Of a stretch of 64,000 nt of DNA, positions 15,047 through 27,074 are shown one piece after another. A model generated the notes under the pieces. That model was given only the letters and a program-made list of their open reading frames with translations, ran no database searches and was not told the origin of the DNA. Made by a program: the position numbers and the translations under genes. This stretch comes from the human T2T-CHM13v2.0 reference genome, Homo sapiens. Within the stretch, counting starts at the first letter, position 1. Every line of letters begins with the position of its first letter. Where the stretch lies: assembly GCF_009914755.1 (NCBI RefSeq), contig NC_060935.1. One strand, 5' to 3'.

Positions 15047-16409
15047 CGTCCTTGGGAGGCGTTCCGTCCTCCCAGAGATGGAACGAAGCTGGGCTGTCAC
15101 CAGGTGTCTGGAATGCAGAGCTTTGGTTTTCAACTGATGCCGTTAGCTGCTTCTCTTGGCTGGGTCCTGGGTGTGGGGGCTGAGATGAGCATTTCTTCAT
15201 GAGCCTAGGAATACCGAGGCGTACGGAATCTCTGCCCCTCCCCTCTCACCGTGCCGACCCGGGAATCTAGTTATTCATGCGAGGGACTCCTCTGCATCCC
15301 ACACACTCTAGGTGCTCAGAGAGAATTTGTGGGATGAGTTGCTATTCGGAAGATGCTTCTATGAAAGGTCATGCATCCCAGGTGCGGCCTCACCGGGGCC
15401 CAGGCTGATAGGTATCAGCTGCCTGCATGCACAAACTCCTCCCTCCTTCTCCAGCCCTTCCCAGTTCCTCCTCTCAGCTCCTAGGGAGCGGTGGGTCCCA
15501 GACTCACCTTCCTTCCAGGTTCCTGATCCACAGCTCAGCCTCAATTGCAGTGCTCAAGAGCCCCCTGTGCACTTCTTAGGTGCACTTCCTTTTCACCCAG
15601 GGGCCAGTCACCTGCTTCTGCCTCTCCAAACCTTCAAGTCCCTGGAGGTCCATCTCACCTGTCACCTCCTGTGATGCCCTCTGGACCCTCTCATCAGAAA
15701 CCAGGCCTCTGGACACCCACGGCACCTTGCCTGCTCCTCCGTGTGGACGCCTTTTCTTCCACTTGGCTGACTCCTTGGAAGCCAGGTGAGGTACCTGATG
15801 TGCTGACCTGGTTCTCTTTGGCTGAGCTCCATTCCCTCTCCTTCATGAGCTTCTCTCACTCCTCTCACCTCCGACGACTTCTCTTCTTCTCCCTCTGGCC
15901 TCATCTGGTCCTAAGAGTCAGCCCAGAACTTTAGGCCTTGGCCTGGTGCCCCAGCTATAGATAATCTCTTCTTCCCCGCTCCCGATAGGCACCTCTTTCA
16001 CAACTGTGGGCTATTGGTCTTGTATAGTCCTGGCCCCCTGGCTACCCTGCACTCTCTTGGAGGAAAGAAGCCAGTAGGCAACCCCTCCCCTATCCCAGGC
16101 TCCCCAGCGCTTGGTGAGCCAAGGTTGCCTCATTCCATCTGCTACAAGCTTCCCTCCGTTTACAGGTAAGGACACTGTGGGTCAGAGGGGTTTAGGAGTT
16201 TGCACGAAGCCACCGACCTAGTTCCCCTTGCGGGCCCAGCACAGCTCTGAGAACAGAAGAGGAGGCACCTTGGCTAATTGCAAGCCTTTAAAAGTCTTAG
16301 AGCACTGAGCCAAAGCCCAGGCTTCTCACAAAGTCTCTTTATGAGAGACAGACGGCCTGGGGTCGGGCTCTCTCCTCCCTCCCCGCTGGCCTTCGCCAGA
16401 TGGGAAAAA

Positions 16410-16975
16410 AGCCACCACATAGAAACATAACCTTTATTGCACACGGCGCTGGGTCTTTTTTCATAGAAAAAGGTATTAACACATAAGCATCTGCAAATTG
16501 AAGCAACTCCTGGTTTTCTTGGAACAGTAAAATCGCATGCAGTGTCTCTGAGTTGGGATTTTGGTCTTTGTCAAAACCACCTAGACTGGGGGGAAGGTGA
16601 GGAGGAGGGAAAAAAATTGCTGAGTCTTTGTGCCTCTGTCTCAAAATAGGGTGAGAGAAATATATAGATATATAGCTCGTGGACGCGTTCCTGTCTGTCT
16701 ATATATGTATATATATCTCCACACATATTTTGTGGGGTGGGGGATTTGACTTGTACTGTCAAATTCTTTGTGCCCTGGCTTCATGGAGAAGAAGAAAATA
16801 GTTTCATTTGTACAAAAGAGTTCTATGTACAGGCGTTCATGATTGGGGGTTTTTGTTTTGTCGTTGGTTGGTTTTTGTCTGTCAGTTGAATATAAATAAT
16901 GCAGAAAAACAGCCGAGCTGGCGTGTGGGGCTGCGGCGCGGCGCGGCCCAGGCGTGGCTGCTCTTCCTGCGGGCC
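16410..16975 (-). other. DSCAML1: DSCAML1 3' UTR (end approximate)
   Basis: Between the TAG (16976-16978) and minus-strand AATAAA (16433-16438). Confidence 0.85.
16433..16438 (-). terminator. DSCAML1: Polyadenylation signal of DSCAML1
   Basis: Plus-strand tttatt reads AATAAA on the minus strand, followed by GU-rich ggttatgtttctatgtggtggcttttt. Confidence 0.85.
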
Positions 16976-17451
16976 CTACACCAGGGTGTAGGATTTGGAG
17001 TAGGCCCCGGCCCCCTGCTTCTGAGACCTCCCTACCCCCGATGTGCTCATCTCGAGAAGCGAGTCCCTGGAGCCCCCCATTTTGGTGTGTGGGCCCCCGG
17101 CTCGTGGAGGCTCGGTGCTGGGGGCCGGAGGGGCAGCGCTGGGGGCGGTGGGTGGCTCAGCAGGGGTGGGGCCGGGGGCTGGGGGGGCTGTGCCGGCTGG
17201 GGGGGCTGGCATGGCCAGAGTCCTCTGAGGTAAGGTGGCTGTGGAGGCGGCAGCGGGGGCCCCTGGGTGGGGAAGGCCCAAGGACTTGCTGGCAGGGTCC
17301 AGGGTCAGGTGGCGAGCCTGGGTGTGGTAGGTTCGAGCCAGGTTCCGGATGGAGGCCTCACGGGGTGGGACCACGGGGCAGGGCTCACGTCCATCTGCCT
17401 TTCGAAAGAAGGCCTCTGACTTGGCATACAGGGGCAGGTTGCAGTAGTCAC
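16976..17451 (-). CDS. DSCAML1: DSCAML1 last exon (33): Pro/Ala-rich cytoplasmic tail with C-terminal PDZ-binding motif SYTLV
   Basis: DYCNLPLY...YSKSYTLV*; acceptor tgattccag; 476 nt, phase 1. Confidence 0.97.
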
Positions 17452-17952
17452 CTGGAATCACAGAGGCAGAGGATGTTACAGAGAGTCATAGCCCTCTGGA
17501 AGCAGCTCGTTCAGCCCCCACCCCATCCCCTGCCCCCAGTCTTCTCTCTGATTTGGCATAGGGGCCCCTCCACTGGGGGGCAATAAAGAGTAGCGGAAAG
17601 GTCGGGTACTTGGCCCTTCTGAGCCTTCGTTTCCTTATCTGTGAAGTGGGGATGATCTTACTTCCCCACAGGATTATTGTGAGGAGCGAATGAGGTGAGG
17701 GAGGTAAAGTGCTTTGCTACAGTGGCTGGTGCAGATAACAGCTGCCCAGTACATGGATGCTTGTTGTTCAATGGTCACTAGAGGCTGGTCAGCTTCCGGT
17801 AGTGGAGAGCTCACTACTGCTAAGGACGAGGATGTCCTAATGGCTCTGGCTGGTGGAAAGCTTTTCTTTACCCTGAGGAGGAAAGGAATATCATTCCCTG
17901 TCGCCTCCCCACCATGGAGCCTGGTTCTGTTCTCTGAGGTCTCACAGAGTAA

Positions 17953-18453
<501 letters not shown>

Positions 18454-19368
18454 TAGATTTTCTTATTGAATCCTCACGACAGCCCCTAGGATTGGTTAAT
18501 ACCTGTCTGCACTTTACAAGTGAGGAAACTGAGGTTCAGAGAGATTAAATCATTTGCCTAAATTTGCACAGCTAAAAGGGGTGGGGGTGTCATTCAGGGT
18601 CACAGTCTCCACAGTCTTTCCATTGTTCCAGGCTCTTCTTTCCATGACCCAGAAAGCCCCGCCCCCTGCCTCAATTAGCATGGCCAGTGCTAAGCAGACC
18701 AGACTGCATTGTTTGATAGTCTGGGCTTTGCACGCTGTGACCCCAGCATCTGCTGATAGACTCCCCCTGCTGATCCTAGCCCTGCCCTGCCAGCCTCTAA
18801 GGGCATATGCTCCGGCCAGGCCCGTGGGGTCAGATGGTTCCCAGCCAGGCCAGGTCACTGCCTACTGAGAGGTATGACCATGGTGGGTGGAGCTGCCAGG
18901 ATTGTTTGTTTGGGTCTGGATTAAATTCAAACAGCATTGAGACCAGAGGCCCTTGGGCAGCTGACCCTGAAGGGATCTGTTTCCATCCTGGCACAGCTTC
19001 AGATTAAGGGGATGCTCACTACCGAATGAATGAGGCCTTACAACACGCTGGGGATGTATATCATTTCTAATGCCCATTATGACAATGCAAAGTAGATACT
19101 ATCGTTGGCATTTTACAAATGAGAAACTTAAGGCCACAGAGGTTAAATGACTTGCCCAAGGCCACAGACATAGGAAGAGGTTAAGCCAGGATGTGGGCCC
19201 TGATCTGCCTGCTCCTAAGTCCTTGCTGTTGGTACCACCCTGCACTGCCAAGGAGCCAAGCTGGGCTGGCATGATCCTGGTGCTGGCAGAACTAGATCTA
19301 GCCAGGGCTCATGGGGCTGGGGCCAGGGGGCGGGGGGGCACTGCCTGGGAGGTGGTCTGAGCACTCAC

Positions 19369-19680
19369 TCTTGTTGGCCCGGTGAGGGATGGGCACAGCC
19401 ACGTTTTTGCCCCGGTCCGCATCCTGGGGCTTGGGTGGTGAGGCGGTAAAGCGGCAGATGCCAGGCTCTGAGGGTGTGCTCATGGATGTCATGCTGTCGG
19501 CGTTCTCGTTGGTGCCTGTGGTCATCTGGTCAGAGGAACTGTCAGAGATGAAGCACTCGGTGATCTCAAACTTGGCGTGCTGCAGCTGCTCCTCCAGCTT
19601 GGCATGCTCATAGGCCCGGGCCAGCTCCTCGTAGGTGGAAGAGGCACTCTCAGTGGACACCATGCTGTTCCTTCCTTTGT
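19369..19680 (-). CDS. DSCAML1: DSCAML1 exon 32, cytoplasmic ([28 protein letters not shown]...HRANK)
   Basis: Conserved DSCAM-family motif; ccccag/gtgagt boundaries; 312 nt. Confidence 0.97.
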
Positions 19681-20180
19681 CTGGGGAGTTAAGAGGAAAG
19701 GGGTGGGTTACGGGGAGGAGGGTATAAGTGAGACTGACTGAGCACTTCCCCTGCCCGTAACCCCAGCAGCCATCTGTAAGTCTGGCCATGGAGGGCACCA
19801 GGCTGAGAAGATCCCGTGAAGGTGGCAGTGGTGGCAGAAGTAGGATCTTTGGCTCATGAAGGGCAGAACACCTTTCATTCTTGAAAATAAGCAACCATCC
19901 CCTGGAACATTCAGCCCTTTCTCCAATGAACATCATGTGTACCATTTTCTCTGACAGTTTTTGGGAAAGCAAAATTAACTCCCTGACTAAGTAGAGCTCA
20001 GTGAGGTCAAGTGTTTTTGTCCCAGCTGCACAGTGGGTCAGTGACCAGCTAGACATGAAACTGACTTGTGCCTTGGGCCCCATGAGCTGGTGGGTAGAAG
20101 CTGGGAAGAATAGAAGGTGAAGGTGAATGATGGGGAACTGGGGGGAGGTGTTCAGGATGCCAGCAGGGCCTTAGGCACAC

Positions 20181-20375
20181 CTGTGTCCTGGGACAGGCTG
20201 GCACTGTAGCTGTCACTCTCAGTGACCGTGACACCATGCTGGGAGCCCACGGTGCGCCAGTCGGAGGTGAGGGTGCGGGCAGGTGTGGAGGCCTGGCACT
20301 TGGTCAGGGTCCACTGGCTTGAGTACCGGTTCCGGGTGCTGTGGGCTGACTTCACATTCTTCCTGGACACTGGAT
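20181..20375 (-). CDS. DSCAML1: DSCAML1 exon 31 (NPVSRKNVKSAHSTRNRYSSQWTL...SLSQDT)
   Basis: tgcag/gtgtgc boundaries; 195 nt; frame continuous. Confidence 0.96.
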
Positions 20376-20998
20376 CTGCACAGACAGAAGCAAGAAATTG
20401 CATCCTCCAACCAAAGGCACCCAGGCTTGGGCAGCTGGCACTTACCAGAAAGGGCAGGGGGGAGCAAGGGAAGAGGCAGATGCAGCCACAGAAGCGCCCT
20501 TGGGAATGCTGCCTTTCCTAACCACATCGCTGTCCCCAGAGGAGAAGAGCAATCGAGTCAAGGTTGGGGAGGGGGCAGTGGAGGGCATTCTCCCCGCCCA
20601 CCCCATCTTTTCCTTCCACCTGGGGGAGAATGTGATGTCCTTTCCTGCTGCCTCCTGACTGTCCATTCATTCCCTACAGTCCTTGATGTGTTCTATCCTA
20701 TGTCCAGATACACGGTGCTAGAGATAGAAAGACCCTTGGAGAACACGAATACCCAATACTCTCAAAATTTCTAGGTAAGGAAACAGGCCCAGAGAGATAA
20801 AGTTAGTGATACGCCCAAGGTCACAGTTAGTAAATCTGCAGTTGAGGTCTCCAGACGCTCATTCCAGTGCTTTCCATTTTTGCATTCTATTCCATTAAGC
20901 TCCCTCCTCCCTTTAAAAAAAAACACCACCTCTGTGTCATGCTATGCCCAAGCCACCCCGGTTGGGAAAAGGGCTGTCTCCCTGGGGATAATGCGTAC

Positions 20999-21151
20999 TG
21001 GTTCCTGGCCGGATGTCAGACATGTCGATGAGGGGTCCTGTGCTCTGGATGAGGGTTGGGTGGTGCAAGGAGACGCCAGTACAGAAGCTCTGTGGGTTGA
21101 CAGCTTGGCTGAACTCAGCATCTGTCACAGGGATGGTGGCCTTGTCATCTC
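20999..21151 (-). CDS. DSCAML1: DSCAML1 exon 30 (GDDKATIPVTDAEF...DMSDIRPGT)
   Basis: ccccag/gtacgc boundaries; 153 nt. Confidence 0.96.
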
Positions 21152-21261
21152 CTGGGGAAAGAAGGACAATTACTGGGAGTCCTTTACAATTGTTTTTTAA
21201 AGCTCTTTTGGATGTGACTGAATTTCTCTTTGTCTTTATCCAATGTGTTTTTTGTTTGTGG

Positions 21262-21553
21262 ATTTGTTTGTTTGTTTTTTTGAGACAGGGTCTCACTCTG
21301 TTGCCCAGGCTTAATTGTGATCACTGCTCACTGCAGCCGCCTCAATCTCCTGGGCTCAAGCTATCCTCCTACCTCAACCTTCTGAGTAGTTGAGACTACA
21401 GGATGTGTCATGCCTGGCTATTTTTTTTTTTTTTTGTGGTAGAAATGGGATCTCACTATGTTGCCCAGGCTTGTCTCGAACTTCTGGCCTCAAGTGATCC
21501 TCCCTCCTTGGCCTCCCGAAGTGCTGGGATAACAGGCATGACCCACCAACCCA
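21262..21553 (-). mobile_element. AluJ
   Basis: Antisense dimeric Alu with T tail. Confidence 0.9.
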
Positions 21554-21784
21554 GACTTTATCCAATGTTGAGTCACAGAAAGGCCAGCAATTCCCTCCGT
21601 TGGACAGAGGAGGAAAATTAGCCCTTGAGAGAAGCCACAGTGAGTTCTAAGGTTGTTGAGTGGTTGATGGGGCTACTGCCAGAACCCTGGGCACTGCCAT
21701 GAGGGTTGGTGTTTGACTTCCATGGGTTGTAGCCTGGGGAAGCACACCCAGCAGGACAGGGAACTTGTGGCACCTGTCACTCAC

Positions 21785-21903
21785 CCAGTTGCTTGATGCC
21801 TTCTTTGTCCTCGATGAGCAGCTGGACCCTGGGGATGTCAATGTGTAGCCGTGGGCCCTGGGGTGGCCCTTTCACAGGGGTGTCAAAGCTTCTATTGTTC
21901 TTG
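21785..21903 (-). CDS. DSCAML1: DSCAML1 exon 29 (KNNRSFDTPVKGPPQGPRLHIDIPRVQLLIEDKEGIKQL)
   Basis: ccacag/gtgagt boundaries; 119 nt, phase 2 to 1; absent from the ORF track but read by hand. Confidence 0.95.
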
Positions 21904-22087
21904 CTGTGGGGAGAAAGACTGGAGGTGGTGGCTCAGCAGCCATAAGGGGTTGGGGAAGGGGGCTCTGCAGGACAGTGGGATTTTAGAAGCCTGCCTCCTA
22001 TTCTGGGAGTTCAGAGCGAGGCTCCTGGGTCCTCCTCAGGACAGAGGGGAGAAGGGAGGAGAAAGGAAGCAGCTTGGTGATACCCAC

Positions 22088-22118
22088 CTTATCAACATTT
22101 CTGCCAAACTCTTTGCAT
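22088..22118 (-). CDS. DSCAML1: DSCAML1 exon 28, 31-nt small exon (DAKSLAEMLI-S)
   Basis: ttttgcag/gtgggt boundaries; required to keep the frame between exons 27 and 29; DAKSLAEML is conserved in DSCAM. Confidence 0.95.
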
Positions 22119-22779
22119 CTGCAAAACAGTAGAGGGAGAGGAGGGCTGGGTGAGAATGAAGTTTGAACAGGATGACAATGGGAGAGGCATGGGAAACAAG
22201 GTGGAGAATTCCTTAAAATGGGGCCAGGGCTGGTCTCCTAAGAAGCAGAAGGAGAAATGTAAGGACCTACAAAACAGCCCAAAACATGACGCGGTTTCAC
22301 TGCTCCAAATTCAGGATTTGGCTCAAGTCTGTTTTCCTTTCTTCAAATTTTATCTAACTGAGAGAACCTTCCCAAAGCACTGGGGGCATAGCAAGTGCCT
22401 CATCTGCTTCATGAATTGACTCTGCTTAAACACAACACCATAACAGGCTGGAAATGGATATCAGTGGAAGATTTATCTTCAGTTATATCTTGTGGAGAGG
22501 AGAGAGTGGAGGATGTAGTAGAGGTGGTCAATGGGAAGCCCCAGATGATTAAACTCTCATATCAACCAAGAGGCTTCACTTCCTCCTCTGGGGCCTCTGT
22601 CCCCAAAAAGTCCATGGATGGATTTTGTGGCCCCTGCTTTGTCTCAGAGGAGCCTTGAATAAGATCAGGACTCTCAGGTTAGGAATTTGGAAGAGAGGAG
22701 AATTAAAGGGCCTAGTTAATTTATTAGACCCCTGATACCTGAGAATGAGCTGTCAGAATGAATCCCAAATAGCTGTATG

Positions 22780-23520
22780 CATGCATCTAACCATCCAATT
22801 GTCTGGCTATCCATTCACCCATCCATTGATCCATCCATCCATCCATTCACTGATCTAGCCATCCATCCATCTAACCATCTACCATCCAATTATCCATTCA
22901 TCCATCCAACCAACCATTAATTCATCATCCACCTATTCAACCATCCATCTGTCTATCCATCCACCCATTGATTCAACCAGTAATCCATTCAACCATTCAC
23001 TCATGAATTCAACATCCATTCAATCATTCTTATATTTATATGTTAAACCTTACATCCAACCACTCCTTTAACCATTCACCCAATCATTCCACAATTCCAA
23101 TAGTTTTTCCATCCAGCCATCCATCCATCTTGTCATCCATCGATCTATCAGAATAGTCATCCATCCATCCAAGCATTTGTTCAATCATCTACCTATCTGT
23201 TCAACTATTCATATAATCATTATCTGGCCATTCAACAATCCATCAATTTATCCATCCATCCACCCATCTATTCATTCAGCCTTTTATTCAACCATCCTTA
23301 CACCCAGCCATCTATTCAGCCATCCAGCCATCCTTCTATCTATACATCTTTCCATTCAACCATTTATTCAGTGATCCATTCAACCATCCAACCATGTAAC
23401 TACTCACCACCCATCTAGTCATTCAATTATCCACCCAATCATCCATCCATCCATCCATCCTTCCATCCATTCATCCATCCAATCATCAACCATCCATTGA
23501 ACCATCTATTCATCCATTTA
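22780..23520. repeat. Degenerate (TCCA)n/(CCAT)n repeat, ~740 bp
   Basis: Dense ccatccatcc/cattcaacc units. Confidence 0.9.
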
Positions 23521-24290
23521 CCCAATTCCTGAACACAATAGGGAGCATTAGTCATTCCCTCTTCTGTGCTACTATTGTCTCCTGGCTCCTCACATTAGAT
23601 GATAAACTCTGTAAGAGTATGGCTTGGCCGTTCTTTATTGATCTCTATAGTCTTGCAGTATCTATGATGAAGCAGACCCAATAAAAGTTTTCCAAATAAG
23701 TGAAAGTATATTTATGAAGCAACTAGTAGGTGCCAGACACTGTGTTAGGCTGTGGGAAAACTGAGGTAAATCAGACCCATTCACAGTAGACTGTGGCATC
23801 AGGTAATGGAAAAAGGGGATAATATTCAAAATATTTAACACCTGACATGGTGCAGAAACTGCCCAGTTAGAACTGAGCATTGTCCTAGAGACTACCTGCA
23901 GGTCTATTCTTTAGTGAATGGGTCCTAGGAAAGTTGCAGGGATCCCGTGAGAGGGGATGAAGCATCCAGTGTGGAAAGGAGCAACATCTGTTTACCAACC
24001 AACATGGAAATGTTTAAATATTTAACAATCAACATGGCTTTACCAGTGTGTACCTCTAAATATTAGCCCTGACTGGGGCAGGCACAAAGTCTTGGGGGCA
24101 TAGAGGAGGAAGTGGTGAACGAAACCTTCTGAACTAAGGAGGTTTCAGAAAGTCTGAGTGGCTGCTCCTCCTTCAAGGGGACACAGGCACTCTGTATCAT
24201 CCAGATGGTGCTGTGAGCCAGTGAAGGGGGGGGACAATGTGGCTGAGAGCCAACACCCCCTCCTGGAAGGCCCATAGGAAGCTCCCCCAC

Positions 24291-24446
24291 CTCGGAGTCG
24301 CTTCAGCCGTTTCTCCTTCCTCTTCTTGCGTACGATGAAGAGCAGTGCCACCCCCAGTGTGGCCAGGATGACAGGGCAGCCGATGGTGAACAGCTTCTTC
24401 ACATCATCCCCTTCACCTTGAGCAGACTTGATGGGTGGAATGGTGC
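24291..24446 (-). CDS. DSCAML1: DSCAML1 exon 27: transmembrane helix and basic juxtamembrane segment
   Basis: TIPPIKSAQGEGDDVKKLFTIGCPVILATLGVALLFIVRKKRKEKRLKRLR; attcag/gtgggg; 156 nt. Confidence 0.97.
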
Positions 24447-25768
24447 CTGAATGAGGGCAAAGAATAGAATTAGATGTCCCTTATGAGCCAGGTGCTGTGC
24501 AGAACATCTCATGGGTGGGGCAGTCCTCTGACCTCTCTTGCTGCCCTTGGGCTCTGACCTCCACCTCCTGGCACAGAACCCTGGACTTCCCCTCTGCTCC
24601 CCAAATTCTGGTCCTATCAGGACAGCCATGAACAGTTGTGTAGTTTTAATATTGCATTTTATTAACAAAGTCCTGGTACTGTTGTAGAATTAGCCTAAAG
24701 TCTCCTGGAGTTAGTCTCTCGCCTGTTGAAGTTCAGTGCTCATTCCCAGAGAGTGGATTGATGGGCTTAAATTCTGATATCCAGCTGGGGTGGGGAGAAC
24801 AAAGGGTGAAGCATGGTAGGGAGAAGTCTGGGCAGTGGACCCTGGGTTCTCTTCCCCAGATGGAGACAAAAACCACTACAAACCCTACATTCTCTCCCTG
24901 CTCACCCCTCCTGGGGGCCATATCTGTTAACCTGGGGCTCCTGTGGGGAAGCATGGCAAGTTCTCCTGCTGACATAACCCTCTGCCAAGCCCTGACCCTT
25001 GCCTGTTTCAGAGCTTTGCTTAAGAGTCACCTCCTTCATGAAGCCTTCCTTGTTTGAGTCCATCCCCTTTTAATACTGCTTTTATTCTGTTTCCTTAACA
25101 CATAGGTAGACTTGTGACAATGGGCTTCTATGAATTCAGCCTTCCATGTCCCTTCAATGGATGTGTGTGTGTGTGTATGTGTGTGTATGTGTGCATGTGT
25201 GTATGTATCCCCATGTGGCAGATGCAGTTAGGAACTGGTAGTATGCCTTTTCTGTGGATCCTGGAGTCTCCATGTTCAAAAAGATGGTGGCCACTCAACC
25301 CTCGCAGGACTCCAAGAGAGCAAGAAACAAATCAGTACAGGGTTAAGCCACCAGGTTTTGGTATTTGCGACTGCAGCATAGGCTGTCCCCTCCTGGCTAA
25401 TATTCCATATCAGCAGAAAGTTCTTAGAGGTCAGGACCTCAACCACACCTCTACCTCCCTTGTCACCTCCCTGAAACAATGCACAGTGATTGAGGACTGC
25501 AGCTTCAAAGACTCTCCATCTTTGGTATTACTGACCTATGTGTCTGTCCATCTGTAGTGGCCATTGGTGCATCTGCCCGCTTACCTGGCTGCAACAAACC
25601 TGATGTCCCCTTTGTCAGCCCCTTCACCTGCAGGCCAGCATTTCCCCCACCTGCATTCCTGCCTGTTTTTCTATTAGTCTGTCTCTTTATGTATCTGCCA
25701 CTCTGCCCACTTCCTTCGCACCACCCTGCTCCAGCCTCTGTACCATCCCTTCCACCCTTGCGACTCAC

Positions 25769-26056
25769 TGCCATCGTAGTCCAGGGTGGCGAACTGGGCT
25801 GTTTCATTGCCGCAGCCCGCACTGTTGCAAGCCCTCATGCGCAGCTCGTACCACGTGGCCTCTCGCAGTTCCGTCAGAAACACCTCCCCGGAGCTGTTGG
25901 CCCGGAGGCCCTGCCAGGCCCAGGTCCCCTTGGGCCGGTACTCCAGAACGATGGCTGTGATAGGGCAGCCCCCATTGTTCCAGCCCTGCAGGTTAAGCCG
26001 AGCATGCGTGGAGTTGATGTGGGTGAAGAGGTGTTGGTCTTTGCTGAAGGAGGGCT
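25769..26056 (-). CDS. DSCAML1: DSCAML1 exon 26: FN3 domain 6
   Basis: [26 protein letters not shown]...[15 protein letters not shown]...LDYDG; 288 nt; gccag/gtgagt. Confidence 0.97.
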
Positions 26057-26541
26057 CTGGCAGGCCGGAGGGAGAGAGAGAGGTTAGAGAGATTTGGTGG
26101 GAGGCAGGACTGGACTGGGCTGGGCTGGAAAGGATTTCCCTGGGGCAGCTGGGATGGCAGTGGCTCCAGGAGAATACATGTTTGGCACAGATGGGGTGGG
26201 GAAGCCCCAGGGCGCAGAGGAGGAAGAGGAGGGGAGGGAGGAGAGGGAAGAAAAGGGCAGGGCCTGGAGAGGGGCCTCAGTAGAGGAGGAAGGGAGCTGG
26301 GAAGAGGCAAAGGAATGCCACCTTCGGCCACCCGGTGGGGAAGTGGAACTAGTTTTTCCTAATGGGATCCATCGGGACACTGTGGTGACGGGAAGGAGGC
26401 TGAGGCTCCTCCCTTCAGTCTCCCTGCATCCCTGGACCCCTCCTTCCCCACCCCAGCCACCTTACACCCCATACCTGGCCCCTCTAGCCCACCCTCCCTG
26501 GGCCCATCGCTCCTTCCCTGCCCCAGTGGCCTGGGCCTCAC

Positions 26542-26730
26542 CCCGCCCGTGGGTCTTGGCCTCGATGATCTCGCTGATGCGCCCAGAGCCCACGCTGTTC
26601 TTGGCTGCCAGCTTCACCTTGTACCACGTGCCACACTTGAGGCTGTCCAGCTTGAAGGAGCGCTCGCTGGAGCTGATGAACACATCCTTCCACTCCTCGC
26701 TGTTGTCCACCGAGTACTGTAGCACAAAGC
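26542..26730 (-). CDS. DSCAML1: DSCAML1 exon 25: FN3 domain 5, second half
   Basis: [14 protein letters not shown]...[20 protein letters not shown]...KTHGR; 189 nt. Confidence 0.97.
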
Positions 26731-27074
26731 CTGCGGAGGGTAGGCCTGATTCAGGTGGGGGCAGGGCAGGGCAAGGCAGCAGAAGCCCAGCCTCAGGTAC
26801 CCCAACAGGGGGCTGGGCTCCAGGCAGGGGGCAGAGTCAGGCTTTTGGTCATTGGAACGGGCATATGCTCCTTAGAAGCAAAATTGGAAGGATCAGCCCC
26901 AGTCAACTCTCTATGTTAAACCAACCAATCAACAAAACACTGTGAGGGCCTGGGGTCCAGCCCCCGGCGGGTCTGACGCTGTCACTTTGGTTCTAGTGTT
27001 AGGGGTTAGCGGCAGGTTCGGGAGGGGAGAAAACCAGAGTTGTGAGGCTCACAAGGGGTCCTGTCTAGATCTTC

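Noticed and set aside
17570-17583. Weaker CTCF-like motifs (here, ~4070, ~26802, ~57305)
   Set aside because: Each mismatches a high-information position and lacks the upstream motif; expected by chance in GC-rich DNA.
22780-23520. YCAY cluster as a NOVA element near the 31-nt exon
   Set aside because: YCAY is on the antisense strand; the pre-mRNA reads (UGGA)n.
26094-26945. 283-aa + strand ORF
   Set aside because: Purine-rich low-complexity intron plus the antisense shadow of exon 25; no domain.
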